From Anthoceros angustus (Eukaryota > Plantae > Anthocerotophyta): 64,000 nucleotides of DNA. The stretch lies in NCBI GenBank assembly GCA_010909165.1, contig MU008153.1:372001-436000 (forward strand), in the 5' to 3' direction. Position 1 is the stretch's first letter. The number at the start of each line of letters is the position of its first letter. The translations under genes were made by a program, and so were the position numbers. Below, in pieces: positions 50,431 to 61,700 of the stretch. The notes beneath the pieces are model-generated. The model was not told the origin of the DNA, did not search any database, and saw only the letters and a program-made list of their open reading frames with translations.

Positions 50431-51469
50431 CACCTATGTCTTAGTGAAAATTTAGAATATGTAAAACTATTACATTAACAAGCAATCTGTACTAGTACCC
50501 AAATGTGTGCCAAAGGGCCATATGTCCAAATGGCCAAGGAGGAATCTGGGGCAACCACAGCCCCACCGTCGTAGACGAAGATAGGAAGCTAGGGGAGATA
50601 GAGGGCTGGGGGCTAGGGCCCAGTGAGCTGGACATCAGCTCAGAATAGGAGTGTAATAAAGACACCCTCTCAGGGCGTAGTATAAGAGGGCAGACACCGC
50701 TCTAGTAAAGCATCTTTCTTTTGGCGTTGATATCGCGTTCTCTTGCAGGCCCTTGTGTGTTTTTCGTTAGCGCGAAACCTGAGTCACTGAGCGGCAAGAC
50801 AACTTCAGAGAGACTGATCCAAGTCCTGGTGACGGACCCTAACGTGTGGTGGTGCGTGTACAGGCGCGGACGACCAGGGACCCTTGTTCCTCCAGAATAG
50901 GGGACCGACGTCGGACGGACCGGAGCACGTGAGACTAGTGGAACTCCGAGAGGGTGAGCAGAGCCCGGACGGAGAGGCTTGGTTAAACGACGGCAGAGGT
51001 CCGTGGCCACGTAGGCCCACCCACGATTCCCAACTGGTAATGTCCGTAGTAAGCGTGGTAGGAGAGACGGACTAGAAGAGACTGGTAGGAAACGGACGCG
51101 AACGAGTCCTTAAACATTTGGCCACGCCGGGCCTGTCAGGTGGATGCTTAGGAGTAATTAGGGAGTGAAAACGGTCGCGTTGGGGTCTCGGATAGAAACC
51201 CGCCCCGACGACGAGGCGAGAATCGGGCCACGAACGTGCAAAACGGAACCAATCATTCCCTTGGGAACGGACCTCTTATTGCAACGACATGGGATTGTGC
51301 GCGCCCGGCTAGCCATCAGCTAAAGTCGCGCCACAGGTACCAAGGAGACGCGTAGTAGGTGCTCTGAAGGACGGACGGTCATAGAAACCTGACCATACAC
51401 AACATTTCGAACGTTTCTTTCAAAAAGCGTGTAGTGTATGTCGCATGTTACGAGGTTGAAATCGCTTGG

Positions 51470-51780
51470 GTTTCAAACATGGTGAATATGTAGAAATCCG
51501 ATCTGACACCCAGCCAAGGAAGGATGATAGAAACCCAAACGTGATGAATACGTAGAAATCCGGCCCGACACCTTGCCACGAACGTAAGGATGACAGAAAC
51601 CCAAATGTGGTGAATACGTAGAAATCCGGCCCGACACCCAGCCACGTAAGGATGATAGAAACCCAAATGTGGTGAACACCTAGAAATCCAGCCCGACACC
51701 CAGCCACGTAAGGATTGACAGAAACACAAATGTGGTGAAGACGTAGAAAACTGGTTCGACACCCAGCCACGTAAGGGTGA
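51470..51780. repeat. ~62-bp tandem array, 5 copies
   Basis: ggtgaatacgtagaaatccggcccgacacccagccacgtaaggatgatagaaacccaaatgt units at ~51481, 51543, 51609, 51671, 51733. Confidence 0.9.
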
Positions 51781-52128
51781 CATTTTCTAAGAACTTTCGC
51801 ATATTCCTATGAGAGAGGGAATGGGTGTCCCGAACGGGCCACCTGCGTAAAGCCGCCATGACTCAAAGAGCCATATGTTTAAAACGCAAGCAACAACTTC
51901 CCTAAAAAACCACGGAAACCTAGACGCACCCAGTGTCGCGGGAACTAAGTGTCCGAAACGGCATGCCATAGAAGAGCTGCCTGACCACACACTGTAGACC
52001 CAAGAACAAGATAAGAACACGATGTAGACGAGGCACACACCCAAGACCTTCACGTTGTACTGCAACTTGAAATTTCGCAAATTCATAACGAGGTCCCGAA
52101 AACCTGAGGCGCACAGACCGTTTGGAAG

Positions 52129-52198
52129 CTGGCAAGAAATCCACCTCACACTGTTGGCAGCAACTGGCAGGAAATCCACCTCACACTGTTGGCAGCAA
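52129..52198. repeat. 35-bp tandem duplication
   Basis: ctggca.gaaatccacctcacactgttggcagcaa x2. Confidence 0.85.
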
Positions 52199-52502
52199 CA
52201 ACATCCGTATCCTGTAGCTCAAATTTGCTGAAAGCCCGCCTGGCGCTCTCACGGGATTTGGGTACAGCGGCCTTTCCCTAAGAACGCGTGAATGTGTGTC
52301 GGAGAGCCGTCCGAATCTTTTCCCGCCCGTTAATTGGAGGGCGAACTGGTGGAGCGTGGAAGGTGCAAATGTCGCGGCAGCACTGGAGATGTCCGATTTC
52401 GCGCTCAGCCCCAGGCTGAGGCCGAGGCCTGGGCCGGAACGAGCAGCTCTTGGCTCAAGAGCGGCATTTCAGACCCAGAGCAGCGTGGTTGTGGGAGCCT
52501 GA

Positions 52503-53090
52503 ATGCCAGCCATGGAGACGTCTCTGATCGCGCAGCCGGGAGCAGCCGGCCTGGGCAAGGACAGGTCTGTGCTGGCCCTGGCCAAGGCGTCCGCCCGGAA
52601 GGCTGCCTCGGGATGGCTCACCGCCAGGCACAGGCAGCCCCGCTCTCTCCCGGCACCGGACAATTCCGCTGCTCTCCTGGCCGGGCCTGGTGCCCGGACC
52701 GCTTCCTTCCGGGACGCTCCCTCCTTCCGGGACGCCCCCTCCTTCCGGGATGCTTCCTGTCGGGTTTCATCCTTCCGGGCTTCCTCCTTCAGGGTGTCCT
52801 CGTTCCGGGATTCCTCGGGGCTGGAGAGCGGGCTGGGAAGCTCCTGCAGCTATGATGGGGGAAAGGGTGGGGAGGAAGAAGGTAGTGCGGAATGTGGGAA
52901 GGAGAAGAGGTCGTTCTTTGGGAAGGCGGTGCGGAAGCTGGCCAAGCTCGGGCGGAAGAAGGACAAGAAACAGTGTGGGATGGATGGCAGGGCCATGGCG
53001 GGAGAGGGCAGCGGGGCAGGGTGGGGGTCTGTGCATCTGCGTGTGGCGGCTGCCGTTGCCAGCGGAGCGGCGGGTACAGGATTGCGGTAG
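52503..53090 (+). CDS. Putative 195-aa protein with repeated SFR motifs and a basic patch
   Basis: ATG-started ORF with in-frame repeats SFRDAP/SSFR and FFGKAVRKLAKLGRKKDKK. The region is GC-rich, so it may be spurious or a 5' part of the downstream gene. Confidence 0.4.
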   Translation: MPAMETSLIAQPGAAGLGKDRSVLALAKASARKAASGWLTARHRQPRSLPAPDNSAALLAGPGARTASFRDAPSFRDAPSFRDASCRVSSFRASSFRVSSFRDSSGLESGLGSSCSYDGGKGGEEEGSAECGKEKRSFFGKAVRKLAKLGRKKDKKQCGMDGRAMAGEGSGAGWGSVHLRVAAAVASGAAGTGLR

Positions 53091-53214
53091 GGTTGGACTC
53101 GGCGGGGACGGATGGGGCTGAGGAGGGTACTTTGGGGAGGGGGGATGGAGGAGGCGGGAAGGGCAGGGCGGGTTTGGTGGAGGAGACGGGTTTGGGGATT
53201 ATCAAGATGAGGGG

Positions 53215-55367
53215 ATGGAGAGTGTGCTTGGGGGCGGGGGTGATCGGGATGGGGAGGAGGAGGACGGGTGGAGAGGACGGAGATGGAGGTATGGAGCGGG
53301 GCCTTTTGCGTCTGTGAACCTGCCTGCGAGGAGCGGCGTGCAGGGTTTCCCCGGGAGCCCTCCGAGGACTGGGTCTGAGCAGCCGGAGAGGAACCTTCAG
53401 CAGATTTTGCCGAGGCTGCAGGCCCCTGCGGTTGTTTCGTTAGGGCCTCCGAGCTCGGAGGTGAAGGTGCCGACAGTGCCGCCGCCGGCTGAGCTAGAGA
53501 GGCATCCGGGGGGAAGTTCTGATGGTCTTGTGCCTGCTGGGCCGGAGGTTTCTCAGAGCTCGGGACCCGGAGTGGCGGAATTGAGGCAGCCGGAGGAGGT
53601 TCCTGGGGCTGAGCTTGAAGTGCATCCTGGAGGATCTGGTAGTAGCTTGTCCGGGAAGCGAGGAAGTGGGAAGAGTGGAGATTTTATGGAATGGGTTGTT
53701 GGACTTGTGCACGCACTCGTGCCAGGTGGGCAGGGAAGGAGTGATGATAGCGAGGCTGAGAGGAGGAAGCTTGTCGAGGAGACGGCAGCGCATGTGATGC
53801 AGCTTATCTTTGAGGGAACTGGGGATGAAGGCCTTGCCAAGAGAAAGGAGGTGATTTTTGTTTGTGTGTGCGCTTGCTTCTAGGGTTTTCATGTGGATGT
53901 GTTGTGGAGGAGGAGGCCAGAGGTTGTCGCTGGCTGCTCATCTGTCCAACTGGTGGAGTGAATGGGTTGTTGCAGACTGGGGCATTGCGACGGCTGCAAC
54001 GAGAATCGTTCTCCGACTTGCTGAAGATGCGGGAGCGCCTGGATAAACTTGAGTTGCATACTGGGCTGCGGCAATTGAAGAACTTTGGCAGTTCATCTGG
54101 ATTGTCGAAGACGCAGTTGAGAGGAAATGTGGGCGCAGGAGGTGCTCTTGTTTTGATGAAGGACAACAACAGTAGGCAATCACGAAATGCGCTTGAGAAT
54201 GCCGGAATGCTGACTGGGCTGGAAGTGAAGTTCAGGTTTGAGACCAGTTTCAGAGACAACGACAAGCTGGTCACAGAATGTGTTGCGGGACAAGGAAGCG
54301 AGGCTGGTTCTGATGCCACCTTCGGTGGGCCCATTTCCATAAGGAAAGTGGCTTACACTGCTGAGATCTCCGACAGACTCAGTGTCGCTGTTGCGCCTCT
54401 TGGAGGGGATAGCAGTGATATGCTGCAAGCAGTTAATCCCTTGCAGGTACGTCATCGATTGCTGACTTGCGCGTTCGTGCGTGCTCACGTTGCTGTTGGG
54501 TATCTAATCCTCTTGTGAAACACTGTTCTTTCCACTCAGGATGTTGGTTTGACCTCGTTCAGCAGCAATGGGCCCATCCTCTACAGCCACTGCAAGGGAT
54601 CTGGTGTAGGAGCAACAGTCAAGGGAACAAGATCTGTGTGCTCTTTTTCGCAGTACATTGGTGGTTGGGAGAACTGCGTTTCCGGTTTTGGGGCAGCTGA
54701 TTCTGGAGCACCTCTTTGCCTGAGCACGGTTGCACAGCTCACCGCTGTTCCTGCTGACTTCTTGGCTGTCTCATTAACAGCATTGAACAGATACTGGCCT
54801 AGCCCGCCCCTTCCTTCTCATCACAGTCTGCACTGGAGCGAGATGGGACCTCTCGTCCTGAGCAAAACCCAGTCCTCAGCTTCATCACGTTCTCTTGGAA
54901 GTTCAAATGGCTCCGTTGCCAATGGTCAGCTTGTTAACTGGAGCACCTCCGACCTGGATACTGGGGCTCTGGACAGCAAGGGGGCGGCGATGCAATCGTT
55001 TGCCCTCGCTGCAGAAGCAGATCTGGGTCCCGTCAATTTGGGTGGATGGGCTCAAGTGGATCGCAGTGACTGGCTTCTGGATTCAGAGAAGAAGCAGGTG
55101 CAGTGGGCATTGACAATGGCCAAGTCTGCTGGAGACCACGTTGTCGGGGGTCTAACCATCGGCCGGTCGAAGCCTGATTTGTGGAGTTCAACTAAAGGTG
55201 ATGAGGGCAGCTTTTCAAGCCAAACAGATCTTTCCCAGATGCAGGTGGAGGCGTTCCTGAGGTTGAAGTGTGCAGCAGGGTTTGTTCTACAGCCTGGCCT
55301 GTTGTACACGGCGAACAAGCAGTCTCGAACGCCTGCTGTCATGCTAAGGTCCTCCTGGACGCTCTGA
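53215..55367 (+). CDS. Putative beta-barrel (cyanobacterial OprB/SomA-porin-like) protein. Exons 53215-53850, 53976-54446, 54540-55367 (~644 aa)
   Basis: Phase-0 GT-AG joins. Coiled coil LRRLQRESFSDLLKMRERLDKLE, then TQLRGNV, FRFETSFRDNDKL, AYTAEISDRLSV, VEAFLRL...VLQPGLLY and the terminal strand MLRSSWTL. Gene structure is solid; function is inferred. Confidence 0.8.
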
Positions 55368-57454
55368 TACGTTTTGTGAGGCTGTCACCCCAAGAACAGT
55401 GCTTGCTATCAACAGAAGAACGAACGACAGTCACACATGTACAGATCAGGAGATGCTGAAATAATATACACCTAGTATTTCCATCACCTCTGCAGACAAA
55501 GCAAGGAATCAGCTTTTCTCTTGAATTTCGAAATGCCAACACCAGCTTCTGAACTTCTTAGTGAGTTCTGTCCACTTGGTAGACAGATATGTCGAGATTT
55601 TCCTAGAAAGGGAAACATAGCACAATTCAGAAACGTCTGCAAATTGAACAGACATGTTACACCACGAATTGAACGTTCACAGAATTGGTCTGGTTTTCTG
55701 AACAGCAAGTGCCCCACTTTCAGCCAGAAGGTTCCCGTTCCTTGATGCGTGTGCCAGACTTCCAATCCTCTGCAACGAAGTGACCACTTCCAATCCTCTG
55801 CCACAAAGTGACCTCTTCCAATCCTATACAACACAATGGCCCCGCATGACAACCATGTTCTCTCTCCCTCCCTCTTTGCCGCCACCGGCCGCGTCATGCT
55901 CTCAGTTCCTGAATTGCCCTACGAGCAGGCGAATTCTGGAGAGTTTGTTGGCGAAGGAATATGGCATGCCAAGGCGGATACTCCCGGGACGATGCGACGA
56001 TGCGAGACTGCTGGAGTCCTGAACACTCTCGTGCGGATCCGGAAGCGCCACCGGCTCAAACTTTCATCAGGACAAGTCTATACCAAGGAATGCATTTTCT
56101 GAAAAATTTGCTCAACTTGAATTCTCTATGACGAGCAACATCGTTGCCGAGGACCGAACTCCGGCAATCCCGATGATAAGCGGGAACGTTCACCACTATG
56201 CCACAACGATTGTTCGTCTTTTAATGCTCTTCTTTTTGTTGTACTGTCTTCACAGCAAAACAAGAGAGGTGCCTGACGCAGATAGATGGGTGGGACTGTT
56301 CCAATCATCCAGAAGACAGGCATGGGCGAGCTTCGTGTACTTCAGCTCTACAGCAGCTCTGATACTTGTTTGTGTGAAAGATTGCAGCATGAGACAGTGC
56401 GAGACAAGGTGTAGTTACAGGAGAATGCTCCTGTAAATGTCCGGGAACGGTTAGACGTTTCTGCTCTGAAATTTCACCTGTACATAGCTCAGAGTTCTCT
56501 GTGATCTTCGGGATTGTTGATACTGTCCTAAGAAGTGGAGACACTTGTTCGACAGAAGTTGTAAACTTGTCCAGAATCTTAAGCATCAAGGTTGACAGAT
56601 ACTCTGCTGCTCCTGCAACCTTCCGTGTGTGGAAGCGTTGTAGGAAGTGTGATTGCCCAAGGCCTGCATCAAAAGTGTACAAGCCGTTCGAATCGTGTGG
56701 TTGCCACCTCAAGTTCTAAACTTTAAAGCTCCATGAGAAAGTTGCCATCCAAGTTTGCCGAAAAGCTGAATTCTGCCCAATTCTGGAGTGGATTCTGATG
56801 CCCCCAACTTCATGTATCTAACAATACTGGCTGCATTTTGTTTGGTTTTTCTTGCTACTTTAGAAGCCCCCTGCACGATACCTGCCGAGCTGTGGTCATA
56901 AACATCATTGAAAAACAGTAGGCCCTTTTTTCTCGTCTATCATCGATTTCCACACCAGGTCTGCCTGACGCCTAGAAGTCCTGAAGCTGTTTCTCTTCAA
57001 CGCTGGGGTACAACACTTGCTCATGTCAAAGTGGGAGTCTCCTGCTGTCAAAGCTGTTCATGTCCTCTCATCTTCTTGACTAAATCCAAATCAAGACTGA
57101 GCATGCCGGGCACTTCTGAGTTTGAGGCAGCAACCAAGACACCAACCTATCTGCATGTACTGGATATTGGGTGACAAATAACCAGTAGGCGACAAATTAT
57201 GCATTTAGAAGGCACGATGAGGTATTATGGATAAGTGATCCGTTCCTTGTGGTGCCGGGGAGAGTACATAGCCTGACGCACTTTGTTGTGCATTCCCTGT
57301 AAACAAGTTGTATGCCAAGGAATATCAGTTGTGCTGTTCACTATTCGCAAGCAGGGCTGTAGCAAGCACGCATAACTTTCATGAAAACAAGTCTAGCAAT
57401 GCATGGAGAAAAATTTCTGTGTGGGCCGAAGTATTTCAAAGTGAAACTGATGGA

Positions 57455-57509
57455 GCACCATCGCCGGGAGTCGAACCCGATTACCCGATTGGTATTCACC
57501 CCACCACTG
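57455..57509 (-). pseudogene. Degenerate tRNA(Gly)-like fragment / SINE head
   Basis: cagtggt..ggt.gaata...cgggttcgactcccggc..tggtgc: B-box/T-arm intact, anticodon arm and 5' acceptor stem broken. Confidence 0.35.
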
Positions 57510-57519
57510 CCCTGCACCG

Positions 57520-57900
57520 ATTAACCTAAGTTGCACTGTGCACGCGCATGGTTTGTTACTGTCGGAAGGCGCCTTCATAGCCACGTTGTTGGTGAGTGTG
57601 GGCTCACAGCAGATCTAAGCACGATGTCTGCCTCCTCCGTGGCCGTAGCAGCTGGAGAGCAGTCATGGAGATGCTGATGCTGATGCTGAGTGATCTGGTC
57701 AAACACGTTGCACAGCCACAGCCAGCCCAATGTAGCAGCAAAGTTGGCATCCAGTATCACGTTACTAAGCTTGGTATCTCTTGACTGTTTGGAGCCTCCA
57801 TGCAGATGCCCAAGAGCATCCACCACTCCCGGTACGATGCGAAGCCTAGTCATTTAATCCAGCCCTGGTGGAGCACATGCAGCGGGGTTGGGTATGCTTC
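57520..57900 (-). pseudogene. Receptor-like kinase pseudogene fragment
   Basis: TRLRIVPGVVDALGHLH...RDTKLSNVILDANFAATLG (subdomains VIa-VII, HRD and DFG corrupted), TEEADIV. Confidence 0.55.
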
Positions 57901-58728
57901 ACAAGTTATTATTGTATAGCACCCCAAATCAGGCAGACCAATCCTTTTCAAGTCCCAGGAATTTGGGATATTCAAGGACGAGCTTTAAGTGAACGCCCTC
58001 CAAGCTAATCAGCCCTGTTATGTTATGCAGGGGCGGGTCTCGCAGTTCTTGGGAGTCGAGTGATGAGAAACCTGCCCACTAGAGTGATGGATTTTCATTG
58101 GTAGATTTGCTTGAAGCCACCTGCTTCGGGAGAAACAATTTCCAGTGGAGGCTACTCCACATTTTCATTAGTATGGGCCCTCCATATCTGGGAGTCCAGA
58201 CAGCATGGCCTCCCTCCCCACAGTCCAACAACCGGAAGGATTCAAGGGCCTCCCAAATTTCGAGGAGACCTAAGAAGCTCAAAGAACCCACTCACCTGTG
58301 GCCGAAAACATGGGGTGTATCTGGTCTCAACGTATCCGCCCCGTCAATCTCCACTGCAGGACGGAACAGGAACGAGTTCAGTGTAGGTGGTTCCAAGCTA
58401 CAGCACCTCTAAACTGCCCTGCTTCAGCCAGCCACTCTTGTATCACCACTGCAATCGCTGCGGACATACCGACACGAATGGCAGGGGAGACATTTCTCCG
58501 GATTCACATCCTACAGTTCAGCAAACCTGCATTCCGTAACATTCCGAAACCCTTGACCAAGAACACTTCACACCAGTTTCTGTCCACCCACTGGTGTTAA
58601 TTGTCCAAAACTTCGGAACCATACATTGTTCTTTTTTTTTCTGGTTGCCCAAGTGAAAACCGTGTGCATTGTCCTGGAGGGTGGTGTGGTCATATATACT
58701 CACATCTTCCGGCAGCGGTCCCTGAACG

Positions 58729-61700
58729 ATGGCCACAGTATGGCAACCGGACCAATTATGGACCCAACAAATTTGTGTGTGTACAGGGATTCTACGAGGA
58801 GCTCCCGCTCACCTCACCACAGGGACTCAAGCCCCGGCAAACCACCAAACCTCCAGGTGCTGCAGTGTAAGGAGCCCAGTTTTTCCACTTCCGAGAAAAT
58901 GTGTGGGTGGGGACGGCTTTTCCAGCGATGGTCGTCGCCAGAAGCAGGAGCAGCAGCAGCAGCAGGAGCACTTGTGGCAACAATTGTTTCTGGACCCTAC
59001 CATGTGGTGGGACAACCGACGAGATAAGAAGAGCTCCCGTTTGCCTGACTTCCGTCGTAAGGGGTCCGGCGAGGTGCTGTGGTTAGACAGCATGTCGAAG
59101 CCAGCTTGGGTTGATGAGCAGCTCGTTTCCTTGGATATGCAGATGGGTCATGGTGACTCTCCCTCCAAGTTCAGCTCTCCGGATAATCCTGAACCTGGGA
59201 GGCGTGCAGCATCGGAAATGGGCTCAAGGGGGAGCAATGTAAGGAGCCCAGCTCTTCCACTTCCGAGGAAATTTGCCGGTGTGAACGGGTTGTCCAACGT
59301 TGGTCGTCGCCAGGAGCAGGAGCAGGAGCACTTGTGGCAAGAATTTTTTCTGGAGCCTACCATGTGGTGGGACAACAGGCGAGATAAGAAGAGCTCCCGT
59401 TCGCCTGACTTCCGGCGGAAGGGGTCCGGCGAGGTGCTGTGGTTAAACAACATGTTTAAGCCAGCTTGGGTTGATGAGCAGCTCGTTTCCTTGGATATGC
59501 AGATGGGTCATGGTGCCTCTCCTTCCGAGTCCAGCTCTCCGGATAAGCCTGAACCTGGCAGGCGTGCAGGATCGGAAATGGGCGTCGTAACGGCTGTAAC
59601 CGTGAGCACGTTATGTCAGCAGGGGAAGCTTTCTGAGGCCGTTGGAGCCCTGGAATCTCTGGCGCAGACAGACTCTGCTATTTCTCAGTCTCTGTTTTAC
59701 ACTGTGCTGAAACTGTGTACAGCTAAGAAGGATCTGGTTGTGGGGCGACGAGTTCATGACCTCACTGTCAAACTCGGGTACGAGTCGGATGCATACTTGG
59801 GGAACCATATCTTGCGCATGTATGCATGTGGAGGTAGTCTGCAGGAGGCCATGGATGTGTTCACCAGGGTGGGCAAACCAGATGCCTTCATGTGGTTTTC
59901 CATAATCTCGGCATATGCTAAGCATGGGAAACCTAAGGAGGCCATACAATTGTACCATGAGATGCGTAGGTCAGGAGTGAAGGTGAATGGTCACGTCTTT
60001 GTAGCTGCCCTTCAAGCATGTACATTTGCTGCCGACTTGGAATCTGGCAGAAAAGTGCACTATGATGTGCTGCACAGTGGCATTCCCATTAACTTGTTTG
60101 TTGGCAATTGCCTGGTTGACATGTATGCAAAATGTGGTGAACTGGAAGATGCACGCCAGGTTTTTGACAGCATGCCCACAAGGGATGTAGTGACATGGAC
60201 GGCACTGATTGCGGGGTATGCCGAGCAAGGGCTTGGACACGAGGCGCTTGTTCTGTATGGACAAATGGAGCAGGAGGGGCTGATTTTGGCTAACCATGTT
60301 ACTTTTGCTTGCCTTCTGAAGGCCTGTGCAAGCACTGGTTCTTTACAGAAGGGCAGGCAGTTGCACTCACACATTGTGGAAAGAGGACTGCTGGATGACG
60401 TAGTGTTGGGCAACCTTGGTGGACATGTATGCAAAATGTGGTGAACTGAAGATGCACGCCAGGTTTTGACAGCATGGCCACAAAGGATGTGGTGACATGG
60501 ACTGATATCTGGGTATGCAAAATGTGGTGAACTGAAGATGCACGCCAGGTTTTGACAGCATGAACACAAAGGATGTGGTGACATGGAATGCCCTGATTGC
60601 TGGGTATGCAAGGACTAGGACATGAGGCACTTGTTCTGTATGGACAAATGGAGAAGGAGGCCTCATTTTGGCTAACCATGTTACTTGCCTTCTGAAGGCC
60701 TGTGCAAGCACTGGTGCCTTACAGAAGGGCAGGCAGCTCACACATTGTGGAAGAGGACTGCTGGATGACGTAGTGTTGGGCAACCTTGGTGGACATGTAT
60801 GCAAAATGTGGTGAACTGAAGATGCACGCCAGGTTTTGACAGCATGGCCACAAAGGATGTGGTGACATGGACTGATATCTGGGTATGCAAAATGTGGTGA
60901 ACTGAAGATGCACGCCAGGTTTTGACAGCATGAACACAAAGGATGTGGTGACATGGAATGCCCTGATTGCTGGGTATGCAAGGACTAGGACATGAGGCAC
61001 TTGTTCTGTATGGACAAATGGAGAAGGAGGCCTCATTTTGGCTGACCATGTTACTTGCCTTCTGAAGGCCTGTGCAAGCACTGGTGCCTTACAGAAGGGC
61101 AGGCAGCTCACACATTGTGGAAGAGGACTGCTGGATGACGTAGTGTTGGGCAACCTTGGTGGACATGTATGCAAAATGTGGTGAACTGAAGATGCACGCC
61201 AGGTTTTGACAGCATGGCCACAAAGGATGTGGTGACATGGACTGATATCTGGGTATGCAAAATGTGGTGAACTGAAGATGCACGCCAGGTTTTTGACAGC
61301 ATGAACACAAAGAATGTGGTGACATGGAATGCCCTGATAGCTGGGTATGCGGAGCAAGAGCTAGGACATGAGGCACTTCTTCTGTATGGACAAATGGAGA
61401 AGGAGGGCCTCATTTTGGCTGACCATATTACTTTTGCTTGCCTTCTGAAGGCCTGTGGAAGCACTGGTGCCTTACACAAAGGGAGGGAGCTGCACTTACA
61501 GATTGTGGAAAGAGGACTGCTGGATAACATGGTGTTGGGCAACTGCCTGGTGGACATGTATGCAAAATGTGGCGATCTGGAAGATGCACGCCAGGTTTTT
61601 GACAGCATGAACACAAAGGATGTGGTGACATGGAATGCCCTGATATCTGGGTATGGTACTTGTGATGAAGGTCACAAGGCACTAGCTTGTTTTGAGGAGA

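Noticed and set aside
55484-57200. Short ORFs that might be the ectodomain of the kinase relic
   Set aside because: No lectin/LRR motif identifiable
60060-61682. Repetitive minus-strand ORFs (CCQNLACIFSSPHF...)
   Set aside because: Antisense readings of the PPR repeat array
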